Source: Eledone cirrhosa
Lineage: Eukaryota
Direction: 5' to 3'
Length of the DNA: 64,000 bases
NCBI GenBank assembly: GCA_964016885.1
Contig: OZ024742.1
Span: 102,176,001 to 102,240,000 of the forward strand
Within the stretch, counting starts at the first letter, position 1. Each line of letters starts with the position of its first letter. Made by a program: the position numbers and the translations under genes. The notes under the pieces were generated by a model, which searched no databases, was not told the DNA's origin, and saw only the letters and a list, made by a program, of their open reading frames with translations. This document shows positions 55,646 to 64,000 of this stretch, one piece after another.

Positions 55646-58600
55646 GGCGTCCCTCCTGTTACCTCTGTGGCAATAGAGGTCACCTGAGGGCTGCCTGTCC
55701 CCAGCTCACACAGAAAAAAACACTGCTACCAACACCAACACCACCCCAACTACAACAACAAAAACAACCACAACAACAACAAAAACCAACAACCCCACCA
55801 CCACCACCACCACAACAACAACAACAAACACGTGAAAAAATAACACAGAATACTGTCCCACCCAATCCCTCCCCACCCAAAACAAATACAAAAACACGCA
55901 CACCGCAAACACTACCAGAAAACATACCCCTCCCACCCAACAAGGAAGACGAACCTCTTTCGTCGCAAGACGAAAAAGATCCCTTCCAACAAGTAAAAAG
56001 AAAGAAGAGGAGACGCACCACAGACACACATGTTAACTTTAACCCCCCCCCCCAAGAGAACACAAACTACACACAAACCACCCCTCCCTGTCACACAACA
56101 CTAACTGCTACACAAAAAAAGACCTTACAATACACATACATGAACACAGACAACAAAGAATTACGGAAAACAATTTCAGCAAACCCTTCGGTCCAAACTG
56201 AAGGGCCAAACTTTATAACTGCTGTGGGACTACCTCATTTGAAAATGATAAAAGTCCCAATGCACTTGTACAAAACACTGAAAATAAATTTCACGGAGGA
56301 CGTGGGCCCCCCCTGCGCCAAACCAATCAACCGCGTCCTCCTAAAAAATTTCACCCCCCCACCCCACCCAGACACCCACTCAACGACAAACACCCCAACC
56401 CCACAACACACCGATGCCCCTTCACTTCCACAAACCACCACCCCACCCAACAACCCATCCCCAACCAGCATGGAAATTGAGCGGCCCGTTTCCCGGGACG
56501 CAGAGAGGTAAGTGCCTTTTCTCTTTACCACCAACATGGCTGTGCTAAGAGTAGGGTGTCTAAATGCGCGTGGCCTGGGCTCGTCTTGGAAGCAAGCAAT
56601 GCTTCTAAATGACCTCAGGTCACAATCTATAAATGTGATGGTTATCTGCGAGGCCCGGATCAGCAGCATGCGACAGCTAGCCCCCACCTTTGACGACTTT
56701 GAGATGCACGCATCTCTCTGTCAGCCCGGAGGTGGGGGTGGGGTTGTCGTTCTGCTGCAAAAACATATGGGCCTTGCAACACAGATAGTTCACTTGGACC
56801 CAGGGGGTCGACTGGTGGTGCTGGACCTTGGCAGTGGTGAAGGTAGAGCCCTTAGGCTGATAGCCGCATATGCCCCTTTTGGGACAGAGCGGCCCGACTT
56901 TTTCCAGCGTCTGGAGTCTTTTCTAGGGACGTCCCGTTCCCTGCTTTTAGTGGGGGATTGGAATGGTATCCTGGATGCACGTTGGGACTATGCAGGGGCA
57001 TGTCCCGATAGAGAGGGGTGCAACAGCCTCAAGGGGTTACTCGGCCGATTTGACCTGGCCGATAGATTTCGACTAGATTTTCCGACGGTGCCAACCTGGT
57101 CTTGGTCAAATCGCAGCGGATCATCTAGATCGTACCTAGATAGATTTTTAGTTAGAAATAAGGACAGGGACTTTTTAAGTTGTCCAGAAATGCTCATGGT
57201 TGGCTATTCAGACCACAAGTTGGTGACCTGCATGGTCAACCTTGATAGAACGCATAGACAGGGCCCCGGTTACTGGAAGCTCAACTTGTCCTTGCCGGCA
57301 AGTAGAGCCTACAGGAATCGGATTAGTACGTTAGTTAAGGAACGGTTGACTGGAGCGATCGTCAACAGCAGGTGGTGGGTATCTCTAAAGAGAGAGATTA
57401 GAGTAGTCTCGATTGAATTTAGTAAGGTTCTAGCTGCGGATAGGAATAGGAAGGAAAGGGAGCTAATAGATAGAGTAGAAGAGGCAATTAGAAGCGGCGA
57501 CGTGGCCAGAGTGCTAGCGTCGAGAACGGCTTTGAGCCAGTTTTTCGACGCGAAGCACGAAGGCTGCGTTGTCCGAAGTAAAATACGTGCTCTAGGGAAC
57601 GAGGGGGCCAAAGCTGTTAGCTGGGCCCGCGTGACAGAGGCCAACAGTGGAACTAAATCCACCATCCGGCGAGACCTGGATGGACGGGCGATTCTTGAGC
57701 CTAAGCAGATGTGTGAGGCCTTTCAAAGGCACTTTGCCCGACTGTTCGGGAGGGGCGGGGAGCCGGTTGGGAACGTGGACTTCGGTCCATACCTCGACGG
57801 CCTGCCGCGCCTCTCGGACAGGGAGGCGAAGTCTTGCGAGGAGCCGATTTCGGCCGCTGAGATAGAGGACGTGCTGGGCCAATGCGGCAAACGCAAATCC
57901 CCGGGTCTCGATGGTCTTCCTTACGAATTATATCTAGCTATGCCGGACTTGTTCCCCGATCTCCTCGAGGCGGTCTACTGCAACTGGCAACAGAACGGGA
58001 GAATTCCCTGTACTGTGACCAAGGGCGTAGTCACGCTAGTGAGGAAGGACGAGAACAAGGGGGACGAAATAAGTAACTTCAGGCCCATAACTCTGCTAAA
58101 TACAGAGTTACAGATTTTGGCCAAGGTGCTAGCAAAGAGGTTGGCGCTTGTCGTGGGCAACCTGGTGGGAGATGCGCAGACATGCGCTATCCCGTCCAGG
58201 TCCATCCATGACAACCTCCACCTCATGCGATACATCATAGAGAGGGTTGGGAACGAACCCGGCTTTGGTGGGGCTCTGATCAACTTGGATCAATCTAAGG
58301 CGTTCGATAGGGTCGACCATGGTTACCTGGATGCGGTGCTAGCGGCGGCAGGCTTCGGACCCGTTTTCAGGGGCTGGATCACTGCTATGCACAGCAGCCG
58401 CATCTGCTCTAGGGTCAAGGTGAACGGCTACCTCTCGGAGCCGTTCAAAATCGCGCGGTCCATCCGACAAGGGTGCCCTCTCTCCTCCCTTCTGTATGTG
58501 TTGACTCTCGAGCCACTACTGCGGAAGTTGGAGTTGTTGCAGGGCATCCCTTTGGAACCGGGATTGCGGAAAGCGGTGTCAGCCTACGCCGATGATGTGA

Positions 58601-59932
58601 CAGTAATGGTGTCGACGGCCTCCGAAATCGAGGCGGTCGGCACCTTACTGGAGGAGTACGAAAAGTTCACAGGGGCTAAGCTGAACCGGGACAAGTCGAT
58701 CGGTTTGCAACTCGGCACGTGGAGGGGCAGACCGATGCCCTCCGATGGCGTCGTCGGACGCTGGACGGAGGGCCCGGTGAAGTTGCTCGTGGCTAATGAT
58801 GCGTAAACACGCATTAAGGCTACGGCACCTCTACGTATTCCTCACCGGACAACCGGTGTGGGCCTCGTTTGTGAGACGAACCTTTCCCAGACTCGTCTCA
58901 CTCACCGAGCTGCAATCCTGGGTCAAGCAAAGACCGAGAAAACTGGGCGCCTGGCACACTGAGTGTGCCCAGGCGCTCACCGCCCTCTGGCAGGCGGATC
59001 CGGTTATCAGTGGAGACTCCACCGCAACATTCTATAGAGGGCTGGTACGCAGCAGGTGCGACGACGCCCTCGGAGAAGCCCTAGACATGGAGGAGGACGA
59101 ACTGGCCAGCCTGTTCGGTAGGACATTCAGCCCGGGACCTATGGACAACTTCCAGAAGTCCCTGGCCTGGCAGTGCTACCGAGGGGCTTTACCCGTTCGA
59201 GAAAGGCTCTACAGACACGGGCGCCCGGGTAGGGACCCCGCCAAAAAGATCTGTCCCAGATGCGTGTGCGACGAGGAAACCGTTGCACACGCATTGGTAC
59301 ACTGCTCGGGCGTAGCCGATCTGTGGGGCTATGTCGAACAACTGCTGTCAAGGGTGGGACCGATCCGGTTGACCACCGAGTCTATTGTAATGATCAAGCC
59401 GCCTCCCCCCTTCAAAGATGAAGCAGAGGCGGTGTTTCTGTGCGTAATAGCCATGGCGAAAGAGGTTGTATGGTGGACGCGTCTGAAAGGACTGAGGTCA
59501 GGCACCTTTCTCTCTGGCCAACAACTGGTCCGTTTCTTCTGATATCATTTCGGAAGAAGGATCAGGATGGAGAGAGAGGTGCTGCACCCCAGTCGTTTTT
59601 ATGAAAGGTGGGTGAAAGTGGCGAGAATGGCCCGTGTGAATGGGCCTTCTCTTTACATAAGCCTGTAGGTGGAAAAGAGGAAGGAACGAGGGAGCACCCC
59701 CTCTCTGTGCTCCTGAGGAAAAGGGTTGCACACTTTTTTCGGGGGTGTGTGCGACCCCCCAAGGCGCCTCCTCTCTATTGAGGATTTTGTTAAAAATTTT
59801 ATTTTTTGTTATATCTTATTTTATTTTTATATTTTGTTATTGCCTCCTCCTTATTGAGGACGCCTTTTTGTGTAAACTCCCCCCTTTGTACTTGTCCCAC
59901 TTTTGATGCCCTAGTGGCAAATAAAAGAAACA
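55646..59932 (+). mobile_element. Tx1-clade (L1 group) non-LTR retrotransposon inserted in (TATC)n
   Basis: Pro/Thr/Gln-rich ORF1 remnant, APE-RT ORF2, short 3'UTR with AATAAA at ~59920; (ATCT)n directly on both sides. Confidence 0.9.
56536..59669 (+). pseudogene. LINE ORF2 (AP endonuclease, reverse transcriptase, CCHC finger), disrupted
   Basis: GCLNARGL, GDWN, YLDRF, YSDH; KSPGLDG, FRPITLLN, KAFDRVDH, QGCPLS, YADD; deletion with frameshift at ~58788; CPRC...ETVAHALVHC; in-frame TGA at 59540. Confidence 0.92.
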
Positions 59933-60007
<75 letters not shown>

Positions 60008-60093
60008 ATCATATACCCCACTCTCAAGCGTGAACCTTATACCTAACACCTTTCGTAACTGTACTCCTTGTTGTTATTTACTTTTCCAATATA

Positions 60094-60177
<84 letters not shown>

Positions 60178-60181
<4 letters not shown>

Positions 60182-61086
60182 AATATGATGAGAATAATGG
60201 AGCTGCGGCGTTGCAAATGGGATACATATGAAAAAGTGAGTCCTTCATCAGTGACCCTCCAACCGTCCTCGGCATTTCATCGCTTTAAGGGCCATATGCC
60301 TCAGGTTGGTGCGAACAACGGCTAAAAAAAGTCGTTGGGACACGTAAATAAAGGGGGACGCTAGAGTAACAACAAAAAGGTTTAAGCAACGGAAAGTGAG
60401 TAGAAATAGACAAGTCCCAGATCTCTATGAATATAAACTCTGTGAAATCGTGAACAAGAGACGAAAGACCATCAGACCTGGTAGAAATGTGAGCAAGGAA
60501 AGAATTTCGCCCAAGTTTGACGGGGGGGAAAAAAGAGAGAGAGAGAGAAAGAAAAAGGAGAGAAGAGGAAGAAGAAGAAGAAGAAGAAGAAGAAGAAGAA
60601 GAAGAAGAAGAAGAAGAAGATAAGGGGGTCTGGTCTACGAATTCGGTAAACGCAAGTTTTGTGAAGTCGCAGACGAAAGAGAGAGAGAAAAAAATTCCAT
60701 ACCAGCTCGGTCAAGACTGCGCGAGAAAAGAATTACACACAGGTCAAACTTGAAGGAGGAGGAGGAAAGAGGAGGAGGAGAGGTAGTGACAGAGAATGAG
60801 TGAGTGAAAGTTGAGGAGAGAGTAACAGAGAGGGAGACTGCTAGAAGTGGTAAAGATACAAGGAACGAAACAGACGAAGGCAGCATGGAAAAATTATATG
60901 TGTAAATATGATGATAATAATGGAGCTGCGGCGTTGCAAATGGGATACATATGAAAAAGTGAGTCCTTCATCAGTGACCCTCCAACCGTCCTCGGCATTT
61001 CATCGCTTTAAGGGCCATATGCCTCAGGTTGGTGCGAACAACGGCTAAAAAAAGTCGTTGGGACACGTAAATAAAGGGGGACGCTA

Positions 61087-61087
<1 letters not shown>
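60178..61087. mobile_element. Non-coding element with 187-bp direct terminal repeats, within (TA)n
   Basis: 60178-60364 matches 60901-61087 (one mismatch seen); purine-rich 536-bp interior. Confidence 0.75.
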
Positions 61088-61135
<48 letters not shown>

Positions 61136-61139
<4 letters not shown>

Positions 61140-61599
61140 ACAACTAGAAATTGATTAACATATAAATAAACATATGAAACAATCACAGGGGATAATTTTT
61201 ACAAGTGTGTAAGCACACATAGCTAGGTAGGTAACTAAATAAAGTTAACTGGAACTTCAAAAATAGATACCTTATAATATGATTAATCTTCCCTGTATAT
61301 ATTCCATTAAAGAAATATATTTCACCAATTAATCGAATGGTAAACCACGTTGGCAAACCTTGTTGAAAATCCAAGTATCGGCCTCCGTGGTTTACCATTC
61401 GATTAATTGGTGAAATATATTTCTTTAATAGAATATATACAGGGAAGATTAATCATATTATAAGGTATCTATTTTTGAAGTTCTAGTTAACTTTATTTAG
61501 TTACCTACCTAGCTATGTGTGCTTACACACTTGTAAAAATTATCCCCTGTGATTGTTTCATATGTTTATTTATATGTTAATCAATTTCTAGTTGTTATA
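61136..61599. repeat. Fold-back with 214-bp arms and 36-bp spacer
   Basis: 61136-61349 pairs with 61386-61599; the inner end carries acca-ttcgattaat-tggt-GAAA-TATATTT. Confidence 0.92.
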
Positions 61600-61725
61600 A
61601 AATGCTCGGACCTATTCATTAGAATCTTGGAGCTTATTTTACGGGTGATATGGCGCATGCCTTTCTGGCATGACACCCATAATTTTTATTTAGATTAAAT
61701 TCACTTTGATTTATCTTAATTTTGG

Positions 61726-61756
<31 letters not shown>

Positions 61757-62027
61757 CTAAACACCGCTACCGCATCTGCTATAACTAAATGTGTTGCACT
61801 CTGAACGGCCGATTGTAACTCCATTACTGCAATTCAGCAAATTCGTTGACTGAGCTTGACGCTGGCCGGAGACCGTTGAATTAATACCACCGAATCTTCG
61901 TTAATTTTATATAGTATATATATAGGAAAAGAGTCCTGACTCTTTTCCTTTTACCCACTCTATTACCCTAAGTATTGAGTACTCTGGTGCGTTATAGTCC
62001 ACCTGGTATCTTACCACACCCTCTTTG

Positions 62028-62076
<49 letters not shown>

Positions 62077-62272
62077 CTAGGTCATCTTTGCCTTATATAT
62101 ATATAAATGATTATAATGGACTATTCACTAGTATCTTTGGTAAGGTGAGAGAAGCTCAATGCACAGTAAAAGTCGTAAGGAATTCAAAACGGACAAATAT
62201 TCTTTGAAAAATTAAAGTTCTTGTTGTTGAGGACAGTACTGGTAGCAGTATAAATGAAATAAAGAACAACCA

Positions 62273-63199
62273 AGGTTAACAACTTAAATCCATTCTTTAA
62301 TTTCTAGGTAAGTTTCTATGCAGGTGATAATGGTACATACATATGTAAATAATAAGTTAATCAAAAACATCTAATTAGCAATTATTTACACAAAACATAA
62401 TACATATAACATCTGCATGAATATTCTTGTAGCTATTACAAAAAAGACAATAGTATCATTAATAATTGTTTCTATTTTTGGTACAAGGCCAGCAATTACC
62501 CAGTGCATTACTCGTACTTTATTTAATCGACCCCGTAAGGATGAAAGGTAAAGTTAATCTCGGCGGGATTTGAACTCAGTCTGTAAAGAGACGTAACTAT
62601 GCTGGAAAGCATGGCGTCCGACCCTCTACCGATACTGCCAATCCACCGTCCTTAGTATGATTAATAATAAAGAAGTAATGTCCGGATTGGCAGTATCGGT
62701 AGAGAGTCGGACGCCATGCTTTGCAGCATAGTTACGGCCCTTTATGATCTGAGTTCAAATCCCGCCGAGGTTAACTTTGCCTTTCATCCTCACGGGGTCG
62801 ATACAATAAAGTACCAGTCACACACTGGTAATTGCTGGCCTTGTGCCAAAAGTAGAAAAGTAGAAACAATTAATAATAAAGAAGTAATATCTTTTACCTC
62901 AACATAACAACACAATCTCTCACAACTTAGTACGTTAATACTATTTCGCGTACATTCTTCAATATATGCTTGCTCATGTCCAACATTTGATATAGTATTT
63001 ATTTTTATAATTTGGATTTGTTTAAGTTTTATTCCTTTTTATAATTACCGAAGATATCTGGATGTTATATATATTATGTCTTGTGTAAATAATTGCTAAT
63101 TAACTGTTTCTGATTAACTTATTGTTTACAAATGTATGTACCATTATCACCTTATAGAAAAGTATGTAGAAATTAAAGAATGGATTTAAGTTGTTAACC
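62273..63199. repeat. Nested inverted repeats: ~140-bp outer arms enclosing an inverted SINE pair
   Basis: 62273-62413 / 63061-63199; SINEs at 62461-62650 (-) and 62683-62877 (+). Confidence 0.85.
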
Positions 63200-63242
63200 A
63201 TAGTTGTTCTTCATTTTAAATATATATGTGTGTGTGTCTATG

Positions 63243-63376
<134 letters not shown>

Positions 63377-63445
63377 TGTATATATAGTGTATTTTGCAAT
63401 ACACTGTATGCTTAATTAAAAGCATTTCGAAGATCTTACGCTATT

Positions 63446-63531
63446 GTTTTAGAGTAGTGTCAGTGTCACTTACTTCAATTTTCAGCAATTGCTGAAAATT
63501 GAAGTAAGTGACACGGTCACTACTCTAAAAC
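63446..63531. repeat. Spacerless 86-bp palindrome
   Basis: Centre ttcagcaa|ttgctgaa; nearly perfect arms; next to a short TA run. Confidence 0.9.
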
Positions 63532-63752
63532 ATATATATATTCTTTTGTTAACCTGTTTAGCTTGCTTCGTTTTCTTGGCTTCGGAGGCTGATAGCTTCA
63601 TGACCGCCATTTTCATTTTGTCTGGCCTCTATAATGTATGTTAATTGCTCTGGTCTTCTTTTAGTCCATTGAGCGCTTGCCGCATATCTCGAAAATTGCG
63701 TTTCGCTTTGTTTTTGACCACAGCCGAAATACGATCTCGCTGAAATTATATT

Positions 63753-63845
<93 letters not shown>

Positions 63846-64000
63846 GAAAAAACGAGGAAGTTTCGTTTACATATGAAACATATTTATTGTGTATCAACCT
63901 GTTACGCGCGTTTCGCAGAGGATTGGCTCAAGGTTGCTATTTTTAAACATGAACATGAACTGTTATGTTAACAACACTGTCCACTAATATATGTTATGTA

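Noticed and set aside
56505-56515. Splice donor AG|GTAAGT at the Tx1 ORF1 stop
   Set aside because: It overlaps the stop codon, could be chance, and has no supporting acceptor evidence.
60235-60290. Type II hammerhead in the direct repeat (GAAA before CTGATGA on the minus strand)
   Set aside because: Stems I and II do not pair and there is no NUH triplet in register.

Overview
AT-rich, microsatellite-saturated animal DNA, probably intronic or intergenic. The dominant tRNA-derived SINE resembles the abundant Octopus SINEs, so a cephalopod source is inferred, not proven. No host gene can be called confidently, and nearly all ORFs in the track are translated microsatellites. Recognisable content: (1) a ~4.3 kb disabled Tx1-clade LINE (APE+RT+zinc finger) inside a (TATC)n tract; (2) remnants of R4/Dong (RLE) and RTE LINEs, SINEs, and Tc1/mariner and hAT MITEs; (3) many Penelope-like element (PLE) remnants, three with GIY-YIG endonuclease coding sequence. 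The main signal is about 20 minimal type I hammerhead ribozyme (HHR) motifs, intact or degenerate, from more than 10 families in 64 kb. They sit in short modules embedded in (TA)n, many with palindromic stem III and several with long stem II insertions. Many modules end in fold-back hairpins whose turn points lie in or beside HHR stem II. All structures were folded by eye, and repeat boundaries are approximate (about +/-10 nt).
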